Assembly: GCA_002269645.1 (NCBI GenBank)
Contig: NIVC01001944.1
Location: 155,526 to 219,525 of the forward strand
Direction of reading: 5' to 3'
DNA: 64,000 nucleotides
Source of the DNA: Macrostomum lignano
Taxonomy: Eukaryota
The translations under genes were made by a program, and so were the position numbers. The notes beneath the pieces are model-generated. The model had not been told where the DNA came from. It searched no databases and was given only the letters and a program-made list of their open reading frames with translations. Below, piece after piece: positions 12,801 to 25,200 of the stretch (positions are counted from its first letter, which is position 1; each line of letters starts with the position of its first letter).

Positions 12801-15800
12801 AATCCCGAATCTACAATCCCCAATCCCGAATCTACAATCCCCAGTCCCGAATCTCCAATCCCGAATCTACAACCCCCAATCCCGAATCTACAATCCCCAG
12901 TCCCGAATCTACAATCTCCAGTCCCGAATCTACAATCCCCCGATTTCCCGCCCTCAGGTGATCGAGGTCACGGACGACCACGCCCCGGGCATGACCATAT
13001 ACAGCGTGCGGGCACACGACGCCGACGCCTGCCAGTTGGATGCCGCCGACGGGACGCCCCGACGCCTGACTGGCCGCGACTGCCACGCCGCCGCCGGCAT
13101 GTCGATGCGGCTGAGCCAGCGCACGCGCATCCTGGAGGTGAACTCGGCCACCGGGGAGCTCCGGGTGGTGAACCCGCTGACGCCCGGCTTGCACGCTTTC
13201 AACCTAACGGTGACGGACCGCGGCAGCCCCCGCCCGCTGACAACGGTCGTTCCCTTCGCCGTGCGGGTCCGGCGCAGCGAGAGCCCCTTCGCTCTGGGCG
13301 GCGGTCTTGGCGGTGCCAGCAACTGGACGCTGCTGCTGGTGGTGGTGGTGGCCTCCAGCTTTCTCACCCTAGTCCTGGTGGTCGCCATCGTTCTGCTGAA
13401 TCGACGGCAGCCCTGCGACTTCCGCGGCGGCGGCGACGGACGGAGGGGCCGTCGTAGACGTCGCGACGGGTACAGCGGGCCAAAGGACCAGCACTGCCCG
13501 GAAGCCGCGGCCGACGCTGCCACCGCGGCCACACCATCTGGCGTCGCGTTTCAAGGAGACCAGCGGCCGGACTGCATCGGACCGCTGACGACCTTTGGGC
13601 ATCACGGGATGCTGCACCCCCTGCAGCAGCATCACATGGGAACAATGTCTAGAGAGGTGAGCAGCGGTCTGCCCGTTGGATTTGTACAGGTTGGGCGTCG
13701 ATCAGACATTAGACATCGATTAGACATCGATTACACATCGATTAGGCATCGATTAGACATCAATTAGACATCGATTAGGCATCGATTAGGCATCGATTAG
13801 ACATCAATTAGGCATCGATTAGGCAATCGATTAGGCATCGATTAAGCATTGATTAGGCATTAATTAGACATCGATTAGGTATTGATTAGGCGTCAATTAG
13901 GCATCAATTGGGCAACGGTTTGATACCGATTAGGCATCAATCAGCTTCGTGTAGCATTTTTAAGTGTTTTTGACTCATTCAGACTCTTTTTGTTTATTGA
14001 AATACAGTAAAAACCTCATTAATTTACTGGTCAACCTAAGTCAGTGAGTCAAAGGCCCAGATCAACCGTATCTACACTCGAGCGTACTCAAGGCATCCCT
14101 GTGGGGGGGCACGGTTGCTCAGAGCAGTCGCATTGCGGGTGCCAACTTCACGCCTCCAGCCGGCTTACAGGCACCGCACAGGCTCAGGAAAACCAAATGA
14201 AGAATTGATGAAGCCGCTGGGGGCAATATTGAATAATGCGACATGGGGTTGCAGCGACATCGGGGTCAGTGATTGAGCATACCAGAGTTCCACATTTCGC
14301 ATGCTCACTGAGGCTGCGGAGCTCATTTCGCCTTTCAAGCAGTTTTATGGCTACGGTGGGGGATTTTCGCCCACTTGGCAACACAAACGCGCGGAATTAT
14401 ATTTGAATTTTTGCACCGGATGCTGGTCAGAAATCTACACGAGAGTCTGACCGTTATCAAGATTCTATATAATTTTAATACCAGGGAGATGCTGCAGAGA
14501 GCCGCACCATCAAGATCTGCTCTGGGACCATTGTGCTGCTCCTTTCCTGTCTTTCACTGCGGCGGACTTGAGCACAAGAAAATGCTCAGTAACAATAACG
14601 CTTGCCCAGTCCGTTCTCCCCAAGCTGCCCCAATTCCGGTACCAAAGTTGTTAAAAATTCCCAGATCAGTCTGCAATCGAGTTCCCTGGAGCGCGGCAGG
14701 GAGTTTGCAGTTTGGGTTGAGATCCCCAGTTAGGCTGTCGGGAGGGGCCGCAATATTTTATGCCAGAAAAGTCTTAAAAACTCGCCTCGCTCTCCCTGGC
14801 TTCCCGCAATAAGCCAGCCGGGGTACCTAGCGGGGGATTTGGGCTGGCCCAGCTCCCATCATCATCAAATTGAGCATCCCATCGGCCCCATCACCCCAAA
14901 ACTGTCAGGCGCTCCCACAGATCCCAGCCAGAGTGCAGATCCCAGCCTCCCCGCACAAATATCCCCATCTGATTGATTGTTAGTCCTCAGCTCCGGCCCG
15001 GTTTTGGTTTCTGGGCAGTTGCTGGGGCAGATAAGGAGAACGCGGAGTTAGTGCAACGAAGACAGTCTCTCCGAGTAGGTCGGGCTGGAAGACAGTCCGT
15101 CTTATGAGGTCAGCGCGGCCGGCTCGTGACGGCAAGCAAATACAATAAACTCGATTTCAGGCTGGTTACCAAGCACATAGAGGAGACTGCTCAGATCTCA
15201 GTGCTCAGTGCTCAGATCTCAGTGCTCAGTGCTCAGTGCTCAGTGCCCAGTGCTCAGTGCTCAGATCTCAGTGCTCAGTGCTCAAATTTCAGTGCTCAGT
15301 GCTCAGATCTCAGTGCTCAGTGCTCAGATCTTAGTGCTCAGTGCTCAGATCTCATCGTTCAATTCTCTGTGCTTCAGAGTTCAGTGCTTCATGTCAAACG
15401 TTCAGGGTACCTTTGCGGTGAGATGGATGGCGATGTAGCTAAACTTCTCTATCTTGACCTTCTACCCCCAGCCCCCGCTCCCAGGATTCTGAACCCAGAG
15501 GCAGTTCTGTCCAATCTGAATAAACTGAAAAGGCTGCCTGTCTTTTAGAATCCGATTTTTAAAAGACTTCCACAAGCTCCGCCTCATCAGCTGCTGCTCC
15601 TCCTCACTCTTGTCGTCTTCCACATTCCTCTCGCCCTTTGCTGTGGGCGAGACATTTATCCCCCTTCCTCACACCCAATCCAATTTATCCTCTTGCGCAT
15701 CCAGGCTGCGCCCCGCCACCTCCCGCTGTGATTGATCGGCTGGCGGTACCACAGATGGCGGCGTCACGGGCCCCGAGAGCGGATCCTTGATCTCCGCTGA

Positions 15801-18800
15801 CTCCCTGTTCAACCCTCAATTTTTTAACTTGCCTTGCGGCCGGCGCCTCCTCAGCTCCGCCCGTCAAGAGCCCAGCTGGTGGCTCTCTGGCTGGCGGCGC
15901 GCACCTTTCGAGAATTCTGAAACCGAGCCGGCTGCAGTTCGGGGGGGGCTCTTATCTTATCCGCAACCCTCCCCTTACGTTGGTAAGATCCTGCCACATG
16001 AGTCAGTCCAAATATATCCCACCGACGCAATGGGGATCTTGATCTTGCCACGGCAGGCTATGGAGGGTGGGAGAGGAGAATGGGGAAGGCTAGACTGGAT
16101 CGGGTTTCAGGCCCTCCCAGCAGGCAGTTCAGTGGTGGGGATTTTTATCCCACCAACCCCACACAGACTTCAGCAGGCAATGGGCATCATCTCTCCGTCT
16201 AGCCAGGACTGACTGACAGGCAGACGTGTAGTGGGTGGGTGATGGAATAAAGGAATTACTAAATCCGCCTTCTTAGTGGGGGGGTGTGTGTGGGGCGATA
16301 ATCCTATCCGCTGTCTGACAACTGGGAGATTAATAGCAGCTTGCTTTCTAGGAAAGCGTTAATGACTGCGCCTTCTACTGGATGCGGATCTGTACCAACA
16401 GCTATCGATACCTGCTTAGAGCAGGGTCGGCAAGATTTTTTACCTTACAGGCCAGATTCTTACAGAGAACCTGGCGCATGACCAGAGAAGGGGAGAGATG
16501 AGAGGGAATAAATGAGAATAGAGGAGAGGAGAGAAGAGATAATAGAGAAGAGAGCTGAGGAGAGATACAAACCTTGAACGGACCGGATTGCTATTGTGAA
16601 GTTTCAATTTTAAAAGGAGTTTGCCGACCCCTGACTCAAAAGCATGTAGAGCGAACTGCCAAGGGTTACTGACGCTGGGACTCCTTGGAGTCTGCCTGAG
16701 GCTGACTGCAGAGTAGCTTGAGGGAGGCACAGCAGCTCAGTGGTTGACGCGTCTGATGTTGTGCCAGTTTTAAAATTATTTTGTCGTAAATAACGAATCA
16801 CAACCCATGAGGGCCAGCCCCAGAGACACGGAGAGAGTGTCATGCCTGACGATCGGAAAGTCAGGGCCGCGCTGTGTACACCCTGTTTGAGCTGTGTGCA
16901 TGAGAACCAAGCAGTGTGCCGATACTGGAATTCCAAGAGCCCCACTTTGAGCGATGCCCCATGCGGACGCGTCACCGTTTAATTTTATTCCTCCGACAGG
17001 CCCCATTATTAGGCAATTTTAGTCCGACGAGCTGCTGCTCAAAGTGTAGCCGCCACGCGCGTGGCCTCAGCCAGAAAGCGGAGAAATTCCGGACCAGATG
17101 GGAGGCCAGATTAAGATATGCTTTAGAAATACTCACTCAGAGTCTGCGGCTACTCAAGCCAAACCCTCCCAGAGCTCCCACCGCCAGCCTCCCCAATCAT
17201 CTTCCCATTTACTCCTCCCCCATTGAGCTGGCAGGCTTCCGTGCCCCAAAAATCAGATTGCAGACACACAATCTCTATAGCTTTAGGATGCTAAAGACGC
17301 AGATGAGAGGATGTGACTAACACAGGTAGGTGTGCATCTGCAGGAGAGGAGGTCACCGCAAGTGCTGCAGGGTCAGCCAAGCAGAATGTTGCTGCTGCTG
17401 CTGCTGGACTCAGACTAGAAGGAAGTCGGGTTTTTAGACTTCCTCTTAGCAGGTAGCGTAACACCGCGGCCTTCCACCTATTAAGGAGGAGAAAACATGG
17501 GGAAGGGAAGAGAGATGCTATTAAAAAAGCCGCGACATGAATGTTTGACTTTGCTATAGGAGAGACAAGCCCACCGAATGAGAGCCAGGCTTAATGTTGG
17601 GCCTGTGCTGTTCTGCAGTAACAAAGCATACGCTTTATGAATATAGTTGCCATGGATCTGGAAGGGGCGGATCTGCAAGGGGTGGATCTGCAAGGGGTGG
17701 ATCTGCAAGGGGCGGATCTGCAAGGGGCGGATCTGGAAGGGGGCGGATCTGGAAGGGGGCGGATCTGGAAGGGGTGAATCTGGAAGGGGCGGATCTGGAA
17801 GGGGCGGATCTGGAAGGGGGCGGATCTGGAAGGGGTGAATCTGGAAGGGGCGGATCTGGAAGGGGCGGATCTTGAAGGGGCGGATCTGGAAGGGGCGGAT
17901 CTGGAAGGGGCGGATCTGGAAGGGGCGGATCTTGAAGGGGCGGATCTGGAAGGGGCGGATCTGGAAGGGGCGGATCTGGAAGGGGCGGATCTGGAAGGGG
18001 CGGATCTGGAAGGGGGCCGATCTGGAAGGGGCCGATCTGGAAGGGGCGGATATAGAAGGGGCGGATCTGGAAGGGGGCGGATCTAGGGTGGATCCAGGGA
18101 ATGAAGGATCCAGGGAACGCATAACCTGCAATACAACCCAGAAATTGCTCTTACGAGGATAGCACTAGAACTGCCCCCTCGAAGCTGAAATTGCTTTGAG
18201 CACAGGGCAGCAGCGGAAAAGCCTTCTAATTGGATTCTATTACTTAGCATAGGTGCTGAACATGCGGCATTTACCCGTGCGGATATTAGATTTTCGCAAA
18301 TAGAGTTGCACTCGAAATTCGAATTTCCAGTTAATAAGAGCTGAAATGTATGCTGAAAAAAATAAGATAAAAATTGACGATGGAAGCGATTGAGTTCTTA
18401 AGCAGAAACTAAATACGTGTAAGCGTAAATAAAATAGAGGGTTTTATACTTATCTCTATTTCGCCTACTGTAAGTAAAGTGATGCAAATAGTTTGACTAC
18501 ATTTTTTCGTTAACATTTACCAGACCGGGAACGGCGGCGGCAGCGGCTCGTCGGGCCTGCACTACCCACCGGGCGCGCCGCCCAATCTGTTTCTGCCTGG
18601 CGACTACGAGGTGGCCTCGGCCGACTCCGGCCACGGGGCCAGCGAAGAGGAAATGATGCACCCCGATCACAGATGTGAGTGCGGGATGCGTTTGTGTGCC
18701 AATAATTTGGGACTCTTGTCACGTGACTTTGCATTGCAGCCACGCCTGTAAAACTGCCGAGCTTTCGAATGTACTGTGGCTTACCCAGGGGCGGATTCAA

Positions 18801-20406
18801 AGGGGCGGATTCAAAGGGGCGGATTCAAAGGGGCGGATTCAAAGGGACGGATTCAAAGGGGCGGATTCAAAGGGGCGGATTCAAAGGGCGGATTCAAAGG
18901 GGCGGATTCAAAGGGCGGATTCAAAGGGGCGGATTCAAAGGGCGGATTCAAAGGGCGGATTCAAAAGGCGGATTCAAAGGGGCAGATTGAGAGAGAGTAG
19001 GATCAGAGGCGGATCCAGGGAGAGAAGGATCAGGGGCGGATCCATGGAGAGAAGGATCAGGGGCGGATCCAGAGAGAGGAGGATCAGGGGCGGATCCAGG
19101 GAGAGGAGGATCAGGAGCGGATCCAGAGAGAGGAGGATCAGGGGCGGATCCAGGGAGAGGAGGATCAGGGGCGGATCCAGAGAGAGGAGGATCAGGGGCG
19201 GATCCAGAGAGAGGAGGATCAGGGGCGGATCCAGAGAGAGGAGGATCAGGGGCGGATCCATGGAGAGGAGGATCAGGGGCGGATCCAGAGAGAGGAGGAT
19301 CAGGGGCGGATCCATGGAGAGAAGGATCAGGGGCGGATCCAGAGAGAGGAGGATCAGGGGCGGATCCAGGGAGAGGAGGATCAGGGACGGATCCAGGGAG
19401 AGGAGGATCAGGTGCGGATCCAGGGAGAGGAGGATCAGGGGCGGATCCAGAGAGAGGAGGATCAGGGGCGGATCCAGAGAGAGGAGGATCAGGGGCGGAT
19501 CCAGAGAGAGGAGGATCAGGGGCGGATCCATGGAGAGGAGGATCAGGGGCGGATCCAGAGAGAGGAGGATCAGGGCGGATCCATGGAGAGAAGGATCAGG
19601 GCGGATCCAGAGAGAGGAGGATCAGGGGCGGATCCAGGGAGAGGAGGATCAGGGACGGATCCAGGGAGAGGAGGATCAGGTGCGGATCCAGGGAGAGGAG
19701 GATCAGGGGCGGATCCAGGGAGAGGAGGATCAGGGGCGGATCCAGAGAGGGCGGATTCAGTGAGAGGGGCCGATCCTGTTCCAGAATGGGAAGTTTCTGG
19801 GCAACCCCTTCACTTTACACTCTATTCTCTGCACTAGTCTGCCAAATAAGCTATGAATCTCCATAAGCTTCATCACTCACTTCTCCTCTCAATCGCCCAG
19901 TGGCCATGCCGGAGCACCTTCGCTATGTGACCCTGCCGCCGAGCGGAAGCTCGGGCTATTCGCACCAGCACCAGCTGCGCTCTCGGTCGCCGAATTTGCA
20001 CCGCAACTGCAACTGCATCGTTGAGGAGGACTTCGTCATGAACGGCTCGGCCTCGTCGGCGACAACGGCTGGCGGTTGCGGTCGGGAGCACCACGAGCTC
20101 GTGCCCATGACCCTGACAAGTCAGCACAGGCAGCAGCAGCGCCATCGACAAGCGGCGTCCCCATCGCCGTCCAGTGGTTCGCAGTCGGCATTCAACCAGC
20201 CGGCTCTGATGCTCCTGAGCGAGCCTCAGTTCAGCTCAGCGCCTCTGCAGCAGCAGCAGCAGCAGCAGCACCGAACCCTGTCAAGGCCATCCTCAGCTGC
20301 CAGCTCTCGGATACCTGGCGCAACAGCGCTGGCGCCGCAGCATCAGCAACATCAGCGAGCTCATGTTGGCAATCTGCAGTTGGCAACAAAATCTGCTGAT
20401 GTTTGA
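9854..20406 (+). CDS. Delta-type protocadherin, 7 cadherin repeats; exons 9854-10927, 11086-11214, 11661-12599, 12958-13656, 18524-18674, 19901-20406
   Basis: Signal peptide [12 protein letters not shown]; repeated DxNDNxP, LDRE and AxDxD motifs; TM segment [23 protein letters not shown]; cytoplasmic [10 protein letters not shown] resembles the delta-Pcdh CM1 motif; all GT-AG junctions keep frame. Confidence 0.9.
11240..11600. repeat. 16-bp intronic minisatellite (GGTTGGTGAAGTTTCG)n
   Basis: Read directly; in protocadherin intron 2. Confidence 0.95.
12635..12940. repeat. 21-bp intronic minisatellite (CCCGAATCTACAATCCCCAAT)n
   Basis: Read directly; intron 3. Confidence 0.9.
13700..13935. repeat. 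11-bp intronic minisatellite (GGCATCGATTA)n
   Basis: Read directly; intron 4. Confidence 0.9.
15190..15350. repeat. Short (CTCAGTG/CTCAGAT)n tandem array
   Basis: Read directly. Confidence 0.85.
17655..18085. repeat. 15/16-bp minisatellite (GGGGCGGATCTGGAA)n
   Basis: Read directly. Confidence 0.92.
18787..19760. repeat. Compound minisatellite: (GGGGCGGATTCAAA)n then 27-bp (GGAGGATCAGGGGCGGATCCAGAGAGA)n
   Basis: Read directly; intron 5. Confidence 0.92.
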
Positions 20407-22292
20407 TTTCTCCTGACTTCAAGCAGCTTTTATTTTATTTAGAGCTAAAGTTTAATTCTGTATTAATAATTCCAAGCTTAGCGACAATGTAGTCAAATTC
20501 TGTTTGGCATAACCGTGATTTTTTGTTTTATTGCGCAAAAATTGTCTCATGCGTTAGTCGTTTTTCAGTGAGCCTTAAAAAATAAAGTAGTGTAAAGGAA
20601 GTTTCAAAGATCACCGGAGTTTTTAGGAGAGGTCATGAGTCATGACCCCCGTTGACCCCTTGCCTAGGCCCCCCTGATAGTCAGGTCAGTGGAATGCCAC
20701 TGAGGATAGGAACCAGTGACTAATGATGAATCAAGGAGGCTTGCCCCTGTAGAGCTCTTCAGCGCCTTTGAACGTGATGTGTTAATTTGTTACACAAAGT
20801 GTAAGCCTTCAAACAGTCTTTGTTTCCTTAAACATAGCAAGTTTAATTAGTTTAAAATTTTGGATTAAATTATACACTTGTACTAAATTTATTTCTTTAT
20901 GCCCCATGCGTGATGAGTCACACTGGTTATTAGCGCAGTGCAATTACAGTTGCTGCAATACGACCAAGAACTCAAGCCTTCAAATCCGACCTCAAGCGTC
21001 TTGTGGACAGTTTTGCCATTCGCTACTGTTCCTCTTCTCCGGCTCGATTCGAATTCTATTCATGTTTTTCTTACTCTTTCCCATACCATTATAAACCTGC
21101 GTTGTACATTAAAAATGTTCGCTAAGTGGGTAACTGTGAATGTGCTTAAATATTAGATTAACAATGATCAAAGCAATAATTTTCAATTCGTATTCGCAGT
21201 ACCTTGCATACCAATTGCTGTTGTAAATATGTCTGTCAGTCCTGCCTATTGCATAAAATGATTCGCGTTGAGAATTTCTGACCTGCTACCACGATATTCG
21301 AATTGGCAATTTGCCATGTACAAGCGCATAGTTATGCAGATTATATTAAACCACCGCAATTAAACTTGCTATTGTGATAGAGCTGCAGACTGTAGAGTTT
21401 GGCTGCGAATGGCAATTCGGAATTCAAGTTTAGTAATTAGTTGCTTTTGCTTGCTTAAAGAAGTGACAAAATGAATAAAAAAACGAGCTAGCATTCATTT
21501 TAAAAGTTTGCTTTCTGGTTCTGGTATCCAATTTGCTCCTACGAAGTCACCTATGCTATGCCATACGGATTCAAAACCAGGGGACAATGGATAGGCAGGT
21601 ACTGCTATTTTTAAGCCTTTGACGCTATGATGCACAAAAGCTGAGAATCGATCAATTGAGTGAGTATACGTACGATACGATTGCTAATAAAATAACTTGC
21701 CCGGTGGCCCACAAACAGCGTGTACAACGCTGCAACTTGCATTGCACGCAAGCAAACGTACATTATTAGTCCATTTCTGAATGTTAATACACGTATATAT
21801 ATGCACAGTCAGAATATACTTTCACTAACCACTTTAATCATCGTGGAATTTTCCTAATTTTATATAAAGCAAGCCTCAAGTAGATCAATAACAGAATAGT
21901 AAAGGGCAAATTTTAATTTAAATTTAATCGGATTTTTGACAAATTTGTTGGCCCTAAGCGTCGTTGAAGGGCGCACGATGCGATAAAAACGAACGAGCCA
22001 TAAAAACAACGAAAACACCCTAAGCCAGCCCCCATCCCCCTTTCACCCTCTACCCCGTACAGAGTTTGGCGCACTCTCAGCCCAGCCTCAAACCCCTCCT
22101 CGCGGCTGAGCCAATAAATAGCAAGGGCTTGAAAATCGATCGATAAAACTCCGTCCAAGGAAAGGAAAACAAACGTGCAGGTCGTTTTTGTGGTTGGTTT
22201 CGGATTTAAGCCAAGAGGTTTCTCTAAGGTTCAGTCTGTCTGGCGTTGCCTGTGCTGTGATTCTGAGCTGGGACCGTTCAAGCTGCTAGATA

Positions 22293-25200
22293 ATGATCAC
22301 GATATCAAAGGAACGCAGAGTGAACGCAGAAAAAATTATTTCAGCGGAGCTTCAATTTGCGAAAGTTAAGGACCATGCCAGCTACTGTTCTTTAGCGCGT
22401 GCTTACAAAGATGGGAACGCCAAACAACAGTTTTATCCTCACGGATTCGGCGCTATGACTAGCAGAGTAAATAAACCGAGAAATGTGGACTGTATTGACT
22501 GCAGAAGTGTCTGTTACACCGCTGATGATTCTGGCATCGTAGCTGACTATCTTGACTTATCTGTGAATTCGGAACTATCATTATCAAGCAATTCTGGTTG
22601 TCTGCTTTGTATATTATCGTCAAGAAATCCAAAGGAGCAGCTGCAAAGCAAGACAGGCAGTGATACTCTGGCACCAAAGAACACGCAAGAACCGTCTGCT
22701 GAAAATTGGTCTTGGACCGGAAGAAGCCGGTCTGTGACTTTTATTCGTCTGCCTACGACTACGAGTGCCAACTGCGTGTCGGTGCTGCAAACAGAGCAGG
22801 TTAGCACTTCGAGACTAGGGGTTGATGATCTGCTTTGGGCTCTGCTTCGCCGTGCCAGAGATTATGGCCTGTTTGCCCACCAGATGCCAGTTTTCTTCGA
22901 GTCATTGTGCCACGCTCTGGCGCGGCACCCCCGAACCCAGAAGCAGCAGCAGCAGCAGCTTTATGAAAGTCAACAGGCTAATAAGCCTTTGAACCCCATG
23001 CAGCAACCGAATTGCACTTTCGCTGGCACCGGGTGCATTCCACTCAAAATTTTTACTGGCCAATATTATTATCGACCAACGCACTGCCTCGGCAAAGGCA
23101 ATTTCGGCCAAGTGTACATGTGCGAAGTGGATCGCCTGTCCTCGTTTTCTAAGCGCGAAGTGCCTGTCGAAGTCTTTGCTCTCAAGGTGACGCAGCATCT
23201 GCACACGTACAAGATGGAGCAGTGGGTGCATCAGGTAAGAAAGCGATTGATATCAAATGATTCAGATCAAGCTAGAAGCCACTATAGTGTAAGTATCATG
23301 TTTATTTTAATGTCAAATGCCAATGACAATGTGAGTAACTGAGTGACCTTGGATCTACGTCAAATGGGAGGCTTCATAATTCATATCATATGACCGAAAT
23401 TTCACAATGCCGAAACCGAAACATCTTTCACAACACCGAAAATTCTGCATGGTCCTGTTGTTGTATTTAGTTTTCTACGATGTGAAATTTTGGCCTTATG
23501 AAACTTCTGTCGAGGGGCCGCCCAGCCAAGGTAAGTAAAAAAAATGCCCACCCGAAAATACAGGTTTACGGGTACTTATTAGATAACGAGACATTTAGCC
23601 TTAATAGTACACTCATAGTTACTCCTGTCGTTTACCTAAAGTACGTTAAATTTTGCTTAGGTTTCTCTCATAGGTAAGTCACATTACCATTGATTACACG
23701 TATTATTTTATAGACGCATTATTAGTTTACCTTTTACAACCGAGTCAGGTGTTGCAGCGTGACCACACTAGAGAGTCCTACAAGAGCACCTTCCTACTGT
23801 GGATGTTGGACTGTCTGACTATCCAGCTCTCCGGCAAGAGCACTGGTTGCTTGCTGCTTGAACTGGCTACTGGCGGCTCCTTACAGGACCTGCTAACTGG
23901 CCTGCACACTGGCAAGCAGCGCCTATTGGAGCACGAGGCCGTGTTTTACATTGCCGAAGTTGGCTGCGCCATTGACTACATGCATTCGCGCGGCTGCCTG
24001 CACATGGATATCAAGGTTGGCATTGGCACTATGGCTGTGTTGATTCTGTTGGATTGATTGATTGATTGATTGGCATTGGCGCGTGCTGAGTTGAGTTTGT
24101 AATCTAACGTCACAAGTACGACTTGACCCCTCGCCCCCCTATCACCCGAATTGCCCCCCTTTTATCACCCGAATTCCCCCCCCCCCTTTATCACCCGAAT
24201 AGTCCCCCTTTATCACCCGAATAGCCCCCCTCTATAACCCGAATCGCCCCCTCTGTCACCCGAATTGCCCCCTCTGTCACCCGAATCGCCCCCTCTGTCA
24301 CCCGAATTGCCCCCTCTGTCACCCGAATCGCCCCCTCTGTCACCCGAATCGCCCCCTCTGTCACCCGAATTGCCCCCTCTGTCACCCGAATCGCCCCCTC
24401 TGTCACCCGAATTGCCCCCTCTGTCACCCGAATTGCCCCCTCTGTCACCCGAATTGCCCCCTCTATCACCCGAATTTCCCCCTCTATAACCCGAATCGCC
24501 CCTCTGTCACCCGAATTGCCCCCCCCCAATCACCCGATTTTCTCCCGTCTGTCACTCAAATTACCCCCTCTATCACACGATTTTCCCCCTCTATCACTTA
24601 AATTGCCCCCTCTGTCACCCGAATTGCCCCCTCTATCACCCGAATTGCCCCCTCTATCACCCGAATCGCCCCCTCTATCACTCAAATTGCCCCCTCTGTC
24701 ACCCGAATTGCCCCCTCTATCACCCGAATTCCCCCCTCTGTCACCCGTTTCCCCATGGCACAATTGAGCCCCATAGTCTACGCATTGATCTCAGTTGCAA
24801 CAATAATAATACACACAGGCTGACAATGTGCTACTGAGCGCCAGCGGCCACGTCCGGTTGGCTGATTTTGGCCACGCCCTCCAGCTGGACAGGTTGGGCC
24901 GCGCTTGCAGCCAACTGAGAGCCGGCCTAAACACCTATCACCTGCCTGGCGAGGTTCTGCGCAAAGCTCCCATTGCAAACGATGGTGTTCAGAGAGGTGA
25001 GAATGGCTTTGGAAACTGCTGGGTGCTCACTCGTCACTCTTATTGGAAACCACTTCGATTTCATCAGATTTGAGAGAATCGATCCTGGTAAACTAAGACT
25101 CTCCCCTCATGTCAGCTGTGTGAGAATCGCCCCTTATCAGCTGTGTGAGAATCACCCCTAATCAGCTGTGTGAGAATCACCCCTAATCAGCTGTGTGAGA

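Noticed and set aside
14000-17600. Moderately GC-rich ORFs in protocadherin intron 4 as a nested gene or retroelement
   Set aside because: No recognisable motifs or consistent splice structure
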